DNA of 61,189 bases, counting the filler, from Candidatus Hydrogenedentota bacterium (GTDB taxonomy: Bacteria; JBFMHD01): NCBI GenBank assembly GCA_040752395.1. It is 5 parts of 5 records of this genome, joined end to end, with 100 filler letters (N's around TTAATTAATTAA, not from the genome) between each part and the next. Parts side by side here need not be neighbours in the genome. Positions count along the whole stretch, not along the records: positions 1 to 12,373 come from JBFMHD010000071.1; 4 more parts are not named here. One strand, given 5' to 3'. Of the stretch, positions 1 through 9,779 are shown one piece after another. Position 1 is the stretch's first letter. Each line of letters opens with the position of its first letter. The translations under genes and the position numbers were made by a program. The notes under the pieces were generated by a model. It was not told where the DNA came from. It was given only the letters and a program-made list of their open reading frames with translations, and made no database searches.

Positions 1-136
1 GAAGCACGGAGCCTGCTGAAAAGTCTTGAGTCTTGAGTCTCGAGTCCTGTTTTGACTCACGACTCTTTTCATATCATCTTTAGTTTTTCATCCTTTGTGC
101 CTTTGAAAGTAAGAAGTAAGAAGTGAGAAGTATCAG
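1..136 (-). repeat. Fragment of modular intergenic repeat family (heptamer arrays plus shared modules)
   Basis: GAGTCTT-type array followed by inverse GACTCAC; CATATCATCTTTAGTTTTTCAT is shared with 25046-25067 and (reverse complement) the 61035-61057 region; AAGAAGTGAGAAGTATCAG resembles 49059-49077. Confidence 0.75.
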
Positions 137-2475
137 AAGGGGTGAATAACAATCTCATTCTCATATTTTAATTCATCTGGCTTGATTATATTTCCTCTAA
201 TTTTTCTGCCGTTTAAGTAAATCCCCTTCTTTTCACTTTTTTTATAAACAATATTACAAATTTTATTTCGATAAATCCTTTTAATACTAAAAGAGTTCCA
301 TTTATCAGGGACGCAGGGGTCAATTACAAGTCCATCCCAGTCAGGTCTTATGCCAAGAAACCATTCACATAAAATTCTATGAAGCCAGGCAGAACTGCCG
401 GTATACCAGGTCCAGCTGCCGCGGCCGAAGTTCGGGCTATCGGGTCCATCAACGTTTCCAGCTGTTACATAAGGTTCAACAAAATATTTTTGGGCTTTAA
501 GTCCTCGAAGAACAGGTGAAAATTTTTGATATAACGCATAAGCCCATTCTTTATCTTTAATAAAGCAAGCCATCCACAAAGCCCAGACACCAGCATGAGT
601 ATATAACCCCCCATTTTCACGGGTGCCCGGTGCATAACGCGTTAGATAACCAATCGAAGAATCAGGACTCTTGTATGCAGGGTATAAAAGTATGCATCCA
701 TATTTTCGATCAAGATATTTTTTTATAGATTTAATAACAAGAGGTTTTCTATTTTGCGGGATTAAGCCTGAGAGGATAGACCATATTTGAGGGTTTAAAA
801 ATATTTTACCGTCCCTGCATCTCTTACTCCCGATTATTTCACCTTCATCAGTTGTTGCTCTAAGATACCAATTACCATCCCAGGCGTATTTATTTGTAGC
901 AATTTTTAGTTTTTTCATCACGTTTTTATAATAGGGTATCTTCTCTGTTTTATTTATTTTAGTTAATACAACAATAAGGTCAGAAAGGATATAATATAAA
1001 AACATACTCATCCATATACTCTCGCCCTTCCATTTATCGCCAGCAGATGATAGGCCATCATTCCAGTCACCCTCACCTATTAATGGTAGCCCGCGTTTAC
1101 TGCGTCTTTTGATTACAAGATTGATTGCTTTTAAGATATGATTAAGCAGAGAGTCTCTGCCTTTATCAACGTAGGCTTCAGTTTTATCAAGTATGTTGAA
1201 ATCACCTGTTTCTTTTAAGTAATTAAAAGTAACGAACCCGAGCCAGAGCAGATCATCAGAGAATTCGCTTTTTGGTCCAACACCAGCATCAGGGTGCCAC
1301 CAGTGATAAACCCTACCGTCAGAAAACTGGTGTCTTGCATGAAGTAGAATCTGATTTTTTGTTTTTTCCGGCTTTGATGGTAAAAATATTTGCGAATCCT
1401 GTAGCTGGTCTCTAAAACCAATTGCCCCACTTGATTGATAGTAACCACTACGAGCACAAAGTCTTGCTGAGATTGTCTGATAGGGGAGCCAGTAGTTGAC
1501 AAGTGCGTTTATATCGTCATTGGGTGTTTTAATCTGAGGGTTACAAGTCATTGCTTGAAAATATTTTAACGATTCTTCTATGATTTTATCAGTATCGGTC
1601 AAAGCAGTTTTTATGATGGAGTTAGCTTTAGTTAAAGTTTCAGAGACACCGAGGATAAAACTAAATTCGAGTGTTTGTTTTGGCTTTAGATTAATTTTCA
1701 ATCCAAGTGAAGCGATCCCGTCGCCGTGATTACCCACTGAGTTACCAAGATTGTTTCTTCTTATGCTTTCCGGGTCTGAAAGTTTTCTTGTTTTTCCGAT
1801 AAACACTTCTTTATCTCCGCTATATGAGCTTACCTTTTGTGAAACAGAATGAAACGCAACAAATGGCCAGGGCGTATTCCAGGCTTCTTTATATTGTGGC
1901 GAGGGAAAGATGCGTTTAGTTGCAAAGATAGAATTATTAAAAAACCAGGTCTTAATAAAAAGTTTATGGAATTCTCTGTGAGAATCAGGCCAGGGTCCAA
2001 GAAGCCATTCAAGATAAGAAGCAACAAATAAACTACGAGATTTATTTGAGCTGTTTTGTAGCCTTACTTTCCATATCTCGTAAGGCCTATCTTTACTCAC
2101 AAAAAACGATACCTCACACAGAACCCCATTCCTCACTGTTTTAATTATAGTATAACCGATACCATGAATACATTTATAGTCATCATATTTAGCGAGGCAG
2201 GGTCGAGGTGTAAGTGACCATAAATCATTACTTAATGAATCGTAAATAAACAGAAATTTGCCAGATCGCTCATCAATCAGATCCTGCTCGAACCGGGTGA
2301 TTCTATTGAGATTAGAGTTTTGATAAAATGAGAACCCGCAGCCGCTCTGGGTTATAACAAACCCGTAATCAGGGTTTGAGATCACATTAGCCCAGGGTCT
2401 TGGAGTATCTGGTGAAGTTATATGATATTCTTTTAAATCGTTACTAAAATAGCCGAACTCACTCTTATATTTCAT
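133..2475 (-). CDS. GH94 glycoside phosphorylase (cellobiose/chitobiose phosphorylase-like)
   Basis: TPRPWANVISN, GFRDQLQD, GDWND, GTRENGG and WYTGSSAW motifs; ATG at 2475 has GGAG upstream (ORF track starts 2499). Confidence 0.9.
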   Translation of the reverse strand: MKYKSEFGYFSNDLKEYHITSPDTPRPWANVISNPDYGFVITQSGCGFSFYQNSNLNRITRFEQDLIDERSGKFLFIYDSLSNDLWSLTPRPCLAKYDDYKCIHGIGYTIIKTVRNGVLCEVSFFVSKDRPYEIWKVRLQNSSNKSRSLFVASYLEWLLGPWPDSHREFHKLFIKTWFFNNSIFATKRIFPSPQYKEAWNTPWPFVAFHSVSQKVSSYSGDKEVFIGKTRKLSDPESIRRNNLGNSVGNHGDGIASLGLKINLKPKQTLEFSFILGVSETLTKANSIIKTALTDTDKIIEESLKYFQAMTCNPQIKTPNDDINALVNYWLPYQTISARLCARSGYYQSSGAIGFRDQLQDSQIFLPSKPEKTKNQILLHARHQFSDGRVYHWWHPDAGVGPKSEFSDDLLWLGFVTFNYLKETGDFNILDKTEAYVDKGRDSLLNHILKAINLVIKRRSKRGLPLIGEGDWNDGLSSAGDKWKGESIWMSMFLYYILSDLIVVLTKINKTEKIPYYKNVMKKLKIATNKYAWDGNWYLRATTDEGEIIGSKRCRDGKIFLNPQIWSILSGLIPQNRKPLVIKSIKKYLDRKYGCILLYPAYKSPDSSIGYLTRYAPGTRENGGLYTHAGVWALWMACFIKDKEWAYALYQKFSPVLRGLKAQKYFVEPYVTAGNVDGPDSPNFGRGSWTWYTGSSAWLHRILCEWFLGIRPDWDGLVIDPCVPDKWNSFSIKRIYRNKICNIVYKKSEKKGIYLNGRKIRGNIIKPDELKYENEIVIHPF

Positions 2476-2790
2476 ACTCCTACTCGAAGAGTCTGACAAT
2501 ATATGTAAACGTTTTCATAATTTTGTCAAGAAAAAAATTAGAGACCTCTAAAAGAGGTCTCTGAAAAACCCTATTTTTAAGGAATTTGTTTAAAAATTTT
2601 ATAAAACTATCTTTTTTAAGGGGTATACGATGTCCGGGATACTTTCCAAATATAGTCCAAAAAAGGATTGACAATACTCCAATAGAAAATAACATAACAA
2701 ATTTTCTTGAAAAGTTAACAAAAATTAGATTTTTATCCAAACACGGAAAAGGAAAAGAATTATTAAGTATGTACCGCCGAGCCGAACTTC

Positions 2791-2879
2791 GTCTAACACA
2801 GCATAAAAGGTTTGTGCCTTACAGCACTCACCCAAATTTTTGCTTCGCAAAAACTTCTTTTATGCTGAGAATGTTAGGC
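2791..2879 (+). mobile_element. Integron attC-like recombination site, copy 1
   Basis: GTCTAAC (RYYYAAC) ... GTTAGGC (GTTRRRY); inner inverted repeat CAGCATAAAAG/CTTTTATGCTG; internal hairpin TTTTTGC-TTC-GCAAAAA; near-identical copy at 5737. Confidence 0.8.
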
Positions 2880-2959
2880 GACATTTTGCTTGGCGGATTT
2901 GCAGATATAATCAAAATGAGAAAACATAAATATTATAAAATACAATCAAAGGATTAACT

Positions 2960-3793
2960 ATGTCTACATTTGAACTTGGTTCGGCAACAGCTAAAGGAGG
3001 CTTTGCTAACGAAAAGGCTATTTGTGGCAAGTTTAACAATTGGGAAACCGATGATGAGTCGCCGCTCTGGCTTAAAATTATGTGATACAACACCAGCCAG
3101 ATTGATTCTGTAAGGGCAATTCATATTCCAACGAGAATGAAAAGGACAGATATAGAACGATTAGGATTGAAAGAAACTTATGAAGAATTGATGAAATTCA
3201 AAAAGGCAGATGCCCAATTGAGAATTGTGATTACTATTGGTAAGATAGTAAAGATTGAAAATCTATCATTGAAGAAAGCAAACTCAGACGCAGATTATAA
3301 TCAGATAGATAAAAGATGGGTAGAAACATATCAGGAAATATGGAAATTTTCCAATGATGTAGCCTTTGGACTTAAACTTTTTACAGGAGAAGTCAATCTT
3401 GTTTCCCACCCTGAGATAGTCAGAAATAAAACATTGCGAGACAAAAGAAGGATGTTTCTTGATGAGCTTCCAACAGATTTAAAGAATAAAATTATGAACT
3501 TCTTTGCTGAAAATAAAATCCTTGTGGTTACAGACATCCTAAAGGGTAGAGGAGGTTTATCAGCTAACTGGATGTTAGTAACGAGGTACAACAGAGAAGA
3601 CGACACCACCACTTGGATTCTAAAGGATATTAACACAGTAATGAATTTCTTTGGTTCCGGCAATGTAAGAATGTCCCCGAGAGGAAGTTTATACATTGGA
3701 AGGATTACTATGCAAAGGAAAGGCGGTACTCCAGATCCAACAAAATTACAATTCAAAATAAAACCGTGTGAATTATTTAAAGTGGGAGAATAA
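2960..3793 (+). pseudogene. HinP1I-like type II restriction endonuclease with in-frame TGA at codon 42
   Basis: ATG 2960 reads MSTFELGSATAKGGFANEKAICGKFNNW...LKIM*YN, in frame with the 3137..3793 ORF (YNQIDKRW, DKRRMF, SPRGSL, QRKGG, LQFKI), matching my recollection of HinP1I; TGA at 3083-3085. Confidence 0.85.
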
Positions 3794-3795
3794 AC

Positions 3796-5685
3796 ATGTT
3801 CTTCTTGGCAAAAGTAAAATTTGACCTAAGAGACCCGGATGAACTTTATTTTGCTCAAAGGGAAATAGATAGTTTATTGAAGATAAAGACAGAGTTTGTT
3901 AAAACAATCGCCTCTCTGATTAAAAAGGAACCTTTTAACTTGCTTGATGACGAGGTTGTCCACTTGATTACTCGGTTAGTTTATATGGGTGAAGGGCAAG
4001 GATATTTAGCAGAGATACCGTTTAGAGAGATAATAAGTATAGTAAAAAAGGCAACCTTCTTCAGAGAAATTTATGGAATTTTTGAAGCAGAAAATAATCC
4101 AGAGAGACTAAAGGAGTTACTAAATAAGGTAGGGATAACAATTAGCAGTGAACAATTAGAGAATGAAAAAATAGATCCAAATCCTTATACTCAAATTTTC
4201 TTAAAGAACTTAAACGATACGAGTAAATTAGTAGCAATTAGATTTTTGCCTTTCCAAACACTTTTTGAATATGCAACTGAGGTAAAGAAACTTCCGGCAG
4301 CAGTATTCCGTCCTAGAAATAGTGAGAACTGGGCAGAGTACTTTAAGGAGAAGGAAAATGGAATAGAAAAAGGTATAAAAGAATTACTTGAACACATGAA
4401 AACAGGTTATTATCGTTCACCCCACTTTGGACTTGGGAAAAATCATGTAGGTGACTTTGTAGATTGGGCATCTACTGACCTGAGAAAACCCTTTCTTCAT
4501 TACCTCCACAAATACAAAGGAAAGGGAGATCCAAGAATATCACGTGCCTTGATAAACTTATTAGATGTGAAAGAAGGTGATACAATCCTTGACCCTTTTG
4601 TAGGTTCAGGAGCATTTATTGCTGATGCTCCCTCCATGGGATTAAATGCTATCGGTATAGAGATTTTGAATATAGGAAAGATGATTACTGAAGTTAAATG
4701 TAATCTAGGAATTAATATCACAGATTTACGAAACACTATAATCAAATTATTTGAATCTATGGATGGTATACTCTTCAAACAAGATATAAGGAATGAGTTA
4801 ACAGAAATAAAGGAAAAAATTAAAAAGAATACTGGCAATAATAGAACTTATGAGAATATCAGCCCACACTTGGCAAAAATTATATTTCTAAAGAAAGGCA
4901 TAGATAATATAGGTAATGAAGAAACAAGGACATTTCTTTTAGTTCTCTTAAGCCAAGAGATTGTAGAATATTCTGAAAAAAAGAGAGGATGGGATATAAT
5001 TAACTCTTTCAAATCTTATATTGAAGATAGATTCTTAACTTTATATGCTACTAAGAAACTTGCAGAGATACTCAATGTAAATCTCAACAAAGGTAAGGTT
5101 ACAATAATTAAAGGAGATTCCACTAATATGTCAATGATCAAAGATAATTCTATTGATGGAATGCTTACTTCTCCCCCTTATTTTGACGCTTTAGACTATA
5201 TCGGAAATAACAAGGTTTCAATTTTAATTTTGGGTTTAGATGAAGACCTTACTTGGGAATCTACAAAGCAATTTTATGAAGTAAAACATCGAGACGAAAA
5301 AAAGTATGAAACATTACCGCTGTTTGTCAGTGATAGATATTTTTCTATTCAATTACCTCCATCAAGTTTAAAACTTATAAAGCTACTGCAGGAATCCCGT
5401 AGAGCATATAAATCAAAAGTTGTCGAAAATTACCTAAAGATGATGAAACTTTCATTCGAGGAGTGTTATCGTGTTTTACGAAACAAAAAGTATTATTTAA
5501 TGGTGGTAAGCAAAAATCATAGATGGATAATAAATGGACAGGAGCAAACGATAGAAACGTCTTCTATACTAGCAGATTTAGGAAGATCTGTTGGTTTTAA
5601 AGTAAGCGATGTCATTGAGCACGGATTATCCAAAGCTGATAAAGGTAAGATCGGAGTAGAAGACATACTGGTTTTCCAAAAATGA
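3796..5685 (+). CDS. DNA amino-methyltransferase (likely N4-cytosine) with long N-terminal extension
   Basis: SAM motif I DPFVGSG precedes catalytic TSPPY; lies directly after the REase gene. Confidence 0.85.
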   Translation: MFFLAKVKFDLRDPDELYFAQREIDSLLKIKTEFVKTIASLIKKEPFNLLDDEVVHLITRLVYMGEGQGYLAEIPFREIISIVKKATFFREIYGIFEAENNPERLKELLNKVGITISSEQLENEKIDPNPYTQIFLKNLNDTSKLVAIRFLPFQTLFEYATEVKKLPAAVFRPRNSENWAEYFKEKENGIEKGIKELLEHMKTGYYRSPHFGLGKNHVGDFVDWASTDLRKPFLHYLHKYKGKGDPRISRALINLLDVKEGDTILDPFVGSGAFIADAPSMGLNAIGIEILNIGKMITEVKCNLGINITDLRNTIIKLFESMDGILFKQDIRNELTEIKEKIKKNTGNNRTYENISPHLAKIIFLKKGIDNIGNEETRTFLLVLLSQEIVEYSEKKRGWDIINSFKSYIEDRFLTLYATKKLAEILNVNLNKGKVTIIKGDSTNMSMIKDNSIDGMLTSPPYFDALDYIGNNKVSILILGLDEDLTWESTKQFYEVKHRDEKKYETLPLFVSDRYFSIQLPPSSLKLIKLLQESRRAYKSKVVENYLKMMKLSFEECYRVLRNKKYYLMVVSKNHRWIINGQEQTIETSSILADLGRSVGFKVSDVIEHGLSKADKGKIGVEDILVFQK

Positions 5686-5736
5686 GTAAAGTCAACTCAA
5701 ATAGATATGAAAGAATGATTGCCAAGCAAAACGGTC

Positions 5737-5825
5737 GTCTAACACAGCATAAAAGGTTCGTGCCTTACGGCACTCACCCAAATTTTTGCTTCGCAAAAAC
5801 TTCTTTTATGCTGGGAACGTTAAGC
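5737..5825 (+). mobile_element. Integron attC-like recombination site, copy 2
   Basis: GTCTAAC ... GTTAAGC, 89 bp, 5 substitutions relative to 2791-2879. Confidence 0.8.
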
Positions 5826-5867
5826 AAAATGCCAAGCCCAACAAAAAATTATGTAAGGTGAAAGAAG

Positions 5868-6209
5868 ATGGCTACCCGGACAACATTAGAGCGACTGGAA
5901 CAACAAGAAACTCGGCTGCCGATACGTGATCAACTAAAGCTGATAGCTCGCATCCCCGAGCGGTTGAGTATTATGCCGCGGGACATAGAGAAACAACATG
6001 CTGGAGATACTGATAAACTTTTAACATTGTGCGATGCGACAGCGGATATGTGGGAAGGCAAGTTTGATGCGGCTCAAGAGATTCGCCAAATGCGTCAAGG
6101 ACGAGAGGAGCAAATATGGCCGAGAATAAACACAATTTTTCTATCAGCTCCCCCAATTATCTCACCTGCGAATTGTAAAAGCATTGGAAAAGGCAGGTTT
6201 TACAATTAG
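5868..6209 (+). pseudogene. Small antitoxin-like cassette ORF, probably rearranged at its 3' end
   Basis: First ORF after attC2; ends ...EIRQMRQGREEQIW as small TA antitoxins often do; its tail is the HicA N-terminus read out of frame. Confidence 0.4.
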
Positions 6210-6369
6210 AAGACAGGGAAAACACATAACGATGTCTGATGGGATATCCATAATTCAGGTTCCGCGAAATAATCCTGTTAAAAAGTACACATTAAAGGAA
6301 ATAATTGAAGACGCAGGACTAACAATAGAACAATTTAAAAACATGATATGGTTATTGATAAATGGTTAA
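6142..6369 (+). pseudogene. hicA: HicA-family toxin, native start apparently lost
   Basis: YQLPQLSHLRIVKALEKAGFTIRRQGKHITM...VPRNNPVK..TLKEIIEDAGLT; no ATG ahead of the conserved N-terminus; no hicB adjacent. Confidence 0.7.
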
Positions 6370-6543
6370 TGATCAGAGAATATTGAATTATTTGTCAATA
6401 AAATGATTTATATCACCCTAACCCGAATAAATCGGAAAAGAAATATTACCACACTTACATTCTGTAGATATTTTTCTGATTTTTCTATCATAAAAGGATG
6501 ATAAAGCTATTTGAGATAAAGAGATCGAAATTATGTATCTCGC

Positions 6544-6681
6544 TAGTGCATTGTGACATTAATTTCTGACCGTAGATTTTTTATGTCATACCCCCGAAAG
6601 CGGGAATCCATACTCTTTTACTGGATTTCACGGTCAAGCCTGGGAATGACAATGTGCTGAAATTTATCTCGCAAACCACTA
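6544..6681. mobile_element. MITE-like element with imperfect terminal inverted repeats enclosing a dRS3/RPE-like palindrome
   Basis: TAGTGCATTGTGACATTAATTTC vs reverse complement of right end TAGTGGTTTGCGAGATAAATTTC; inner GTCATACCCCCGAAAGCGGGAATCCA...TGGATTTC...GGGAATGAC (6585-6650). Confidence 0.55.
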
Positions 6682-6744
6682 TCTTTTTTAATGCTCGTAA
6701 TTCAACCCACCCATTTTTTCAAAAAGGGGGTTTTTCTGAGCAAG

Positions 6745-6767
6745 ATAGGTCTAAAGACCTTTACTAC
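6745..6767 (-). repeat. GTAG-type REP-like hairpin
   Basis: Minus strand GTAGTAA-AGGTCT-TT-AGACCT. Confidence 0.45.
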
Positions 6768-6917
6768 ATTATATTTTTGCAGTGGTCGATTCGGCTATTT
6801 CTTTATTGGATGACGAATTTATAGGTAGCTATTCTGTTTCTTGACAGAATAATGCCAATTATGATAAGAAAGAATAAAAATTAGAAGACAGGAGACAGAA
6901 AACAAGGAGTTAAAACG

Positions 6918-9005
6918 ATGAAGGTATATACTACTGATAAAATACGCAATGTTGTAGTTGTGGGGCATGGGGGTTGCGGTAAAACATCGCTTATAGAAAT
7001 GGTGCTTTATAAATCAGGTGTTACTACAAGATTAGGGAGCGTTGATCTGGGAACAAGTTTTTGTAATTATGACCATGAAGAGATTAAAAGACAGACCTCG
7101 ATTTATCTAAAAATTATACCCATAGAATGGAATGGATATAAAATAAATTTTATAGACACCCCGGGATATGCTGATTTTATCGGCGAGATATTATGTGGGA
7201 TTAAAGCTTCTGATATCGGGCTAATCGTTGTCAGTGCCGTGGCTGGTATAGAGGTCCAGACACAAAAGGTATGGCGTATGCTATACGAAAAAAGTATGCC
7301 ACGAGCTTTCTTTATAAACAAATGCGATAGAGAAGGTAGTGATTTCGATAGCGTTTTGAATAGTTTAAAAAATACTTTCTCTAATAAAGTCGTACCGTTT
7401 CAGATACCAATTGAGCAGGGACAAAATTTGAAGGGCATAATTGATGTTTTAACGGAGAAAGCTTATGTATATAAAGATGATAAATTTGAAATAAAGGAGA
7501 TCCCACAAGAACTTAATGAAACTGTGAAAATTTACAAATCCGGGATTATAGAAACTTCTGTTGAAACCGACGATGCTTTACTTGAAAAATATCTTGAGAC
7601 AGGCGAAGTATCGGAAGAAGAGTTGATCAAAGCATTACATAAAGCTTTTAATAGTTGTGAACTATTCCCTGTATTTTGTGGTGCATCAACAAAAGCGATT
7701 GGGGCAGAGGAACTTCTCAATAATGTTATATCTATATTCCCACAACCAGCTGATACGCAAGCTATTAAGGCTAAAGATGCTAAAGGTAATGAGGTTAGTA
7801 TAAGGCCTGACTCGAATGAGCAACCAGCCGGTTTTATATTTAAGATTATATCTGAACCTCAGCTTGGTGAAATTGCGATTATGAGATTTTATTCTGGCAA
7901 ACTAACTCCTGGAACAGAACTTATTAACATCAGGCAGAATTCTTCTGAACGTATAGGACATATTATGGTTATCAGGGGTAAGAACCGAGATGAGATCACT
8001 GAGGTATATGCAGGCGATATATGTGCTTTACCTAAACTGAAAAATACTTATATCAATGATACATTATCTTCTCCAAAACGAAAGTTATTATTTCCCGAGA
8101 TAGTATTCCCTGAACCTGTTGTTGATTTTTCAATAAGGACCGCTTCACGAAAAGACCAGGAAAAATTAGGGAACGCTTTTTCAAAAATACTCGCTAACGA
8201 CCCCACAATTAAGCTTCAGATGGACCCTGAATTTAATCAAACTATAATCAAGGGGATGGGGGAACAGCATATTGAAATTACAATGAGCAAAATAAAAGAG
8301 AGGTTTCTGGTAGAGGCAACGCTTGATAAACCTTTAATCCCTTATCGGGAAACAATCCGAACACAACAAGAAGCAAGATTCAGACATAAAAAACAGAGTG
8401 GTGGAGCAGGCCAATTTGCTGAGGTCGCTTTAAGGATATCGCCGCTTGAACGTGGCAAGGGGTTTGAGTTTGTTGATGATATTGTCGGTGGTGTGATACC
8501 GAGTCAGTTTATACCATCCTGCGAAAAAGGTGTTATCTGGGCGATGAAAGAAGGCGTGATTGCAGGCTACCCGGTTGTTGATGTGCAGGTTTCTCTCTGG
8601 GATGGCAAAGACCATCCTGTTGATTCAAAAGATATCGCATTCCAGATAGCTGCACGAACAGCATTTAAAATGGCTATGGAAGCAGCTAAACCTGTTTTAT
8701 TAGAGCCCATTATGAATGTAGAGATAACAGTGCCTGATAAATACACAGGTGACGTTACAGGTAATTTAAACTCACGCAGAGGTAGAATCCAGGGTATAGA
8801 GTCACTGGCAGAGTTTCAGGTAATAAAAGCTACGGTCCCACAGGCTGAGATGTACGGTTATTCTGGCGATCTACGTTCGATGACCCAAGGCACCGGCTCA
8901 TACACAATGTCATTTTCTCATTATGAAGAACTTACAGGACAATTAGCTGAACGAGTAATAACCGAATCAAAAAAACGCGAAGAAGAGACCAGAGAAAAGG
9001 AATAA
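6918..9005 (+). CDS. fusA: Elongation factor G paralog (EF-G2-like)
   Basis: GHGGCGKT, DTPG, NKCD, KKQSGGAGQFA, HPVDS, LRSMTQG; G1 and switch I diverge from canonical EF-G; AAGGAG RBS. Confidence 0.92.
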   Translation: MKVYTTDKIRNVVVVGHGGCGKTSLIEMVLYKSGVTTRLGSVDLGTSFCNYDHEEIKRQTSIYLKIIPIEWNGYKINFIDTPGYADFIGEILCGIKASDIGLIVVSAVAGIEVQTQKVWRMLYEKSMPRAFFINKCDREGSDFDSVLNSLKNTFSNKVVPFQIPIEQGQNLKGIIDVLTEKAYVYKDDKFEIKEIPQELNETVKIYKSGIIETSVETDDALLEKYLETGEVSEEELIKALHKAFNSCELFPVFCGASTKAIGAEELLNNVISIFPQPADTQAIKAKDAKGNEVSIRPDSNEQPAGFIFKIISEPQLGEIAIMRFYSGKLTPGTELINIRQNSSERIGHIMVIRGKNRDEITEVYAGDICALPKLKNTYINDTLSSPKRKLLFPEIVFPEPVVDFSIRTASRKDQEKLGNAFSKILANDPTIKLQMDPEFNQTIIKGMGEQHIEITMSKIKERFLVEATLDKPLIPYRETIRTQQEARFRHKKQSGGAGQFAEVALRISPLERGKGFEFVDDIVGGVIPSQFIPSCEKGVIWAMKEGVIAGYPVVDVQVSLWDGKDHPVDSKDIAFQIAARTAFKMAMEAAKPVLLEPIMNVEITVPDKYTGDVTGNLNSRRGRIQGIESLAEFQVIKATVPQAEMYGYSGDLRSMTQGTGSYTMSFSHYEELTGQLAERVITESKKREEETREKE

Positions 9006-9034
9006 AAAATTCACCTCACCTGCGGTAATTTATC

Positions 9035-9217
9035 GTGTTAAGAATAATTTTTTATATTATTATTTTTTATTTGTTACTTAGATTAATATTCTGGTTTTTA
9101 CGTTTTTTCTTATCTAAACCAGCTCAAAGAAATAGTAAAAATTATAACGCCAAAACGATTATCGATATAAAACCAGATGATTATAAAGTTTACGACGAAA
9201 ACGAGAAACGAAATTAA
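9035..9217 (+). CDS. Small single-pass membrane hypothetical protein
   Basis: Hydrophobic N-terminus with charged tail; fills the gap between fusA and the convergent RRM gene. Confidence 0.5.
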   Translation: MLRIIFYIIIFYLLLRLIFWFLRFFLSKPAQRNSKNYNAKTIIDIKPDDYKVYDENEKRN

Positions 9218-9495
9218 TATTTCCTGAAAAAGCCACGGTCTCTACCGCGTCTCCCTTTATCTCTTGGAGGCTTTGCAGCATCGACTCTGATTGTTCTACC
9301 GCCGAAATCTGTGCCATTAAGCTCGCTTTTGGCTTTCTCAGCTTCTTGCGGGGTTGATAATTCAACAAAACCGAAACCTTTGCCTTCAATGACTTTTATT
9401 TCTTTAATCTTACCGTACTTTTCAAACAAAGCCTGAAGTTGTTCTTGAGTTGTGCCGTAATTAAGATTACCAACGAAAAGTTTACTGCCTTGCAT
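9214..9495 (-). CDS. RRM RNA-binding protein
   Basis: KLFVGNL (RNP2), KGFGFVE (RNP1), Arg/Gly-rich tail. Confidence 0.92.
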   Translation of the reverse strand: MQGSKLFVGNLNYGTTQEQLQALFEKYGKIKEIKVIEGKGFGFVELSTPQEAEKAKSELNGTDFGGRTIRVDAAKPPRDKGRRGRDRGFFRKY

Positions 9496-9779
9496 AATGC
9501 TTTCTCCTTTACGAATGTTTTTACCACTATACCTATGCCATAAGTATAAGGGGTTTACTTCTCTTCAAAAAATACTGAAAGTAGCTATTTTTAACCAAAG
9601 CTTCTGAAAGAAATCTCCATAGAGCTGAAGTTATAATAAGTACATTTACAGAATTAAGAAGACTGAAGTATTTGTGTACTATGTTTCTAATTTGACATTT
9701 TTTTAGTTTTTATGCAAGTAATATTTTACTCTAATCCCTGTGCATTTGTAACCCACTGTTGTGGCTTAACTTATATTCA

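Noticed and set aside
2586-2957. 123-aa ORF spanning attC1
   Set aside because: It reads through the attC palindrome and has no recognisable motif. At most its 5' half is a cassette remnant.
3083-3085. TGA read as Gly (genetic code 25) in the cassette; MTase read-through would also end at the TAA in attC2
   Set aside because: The 629-aa MTase and all other long ORFs have no internal TGA, and many genes end in TGA. A point nonsense mutation is simpler.
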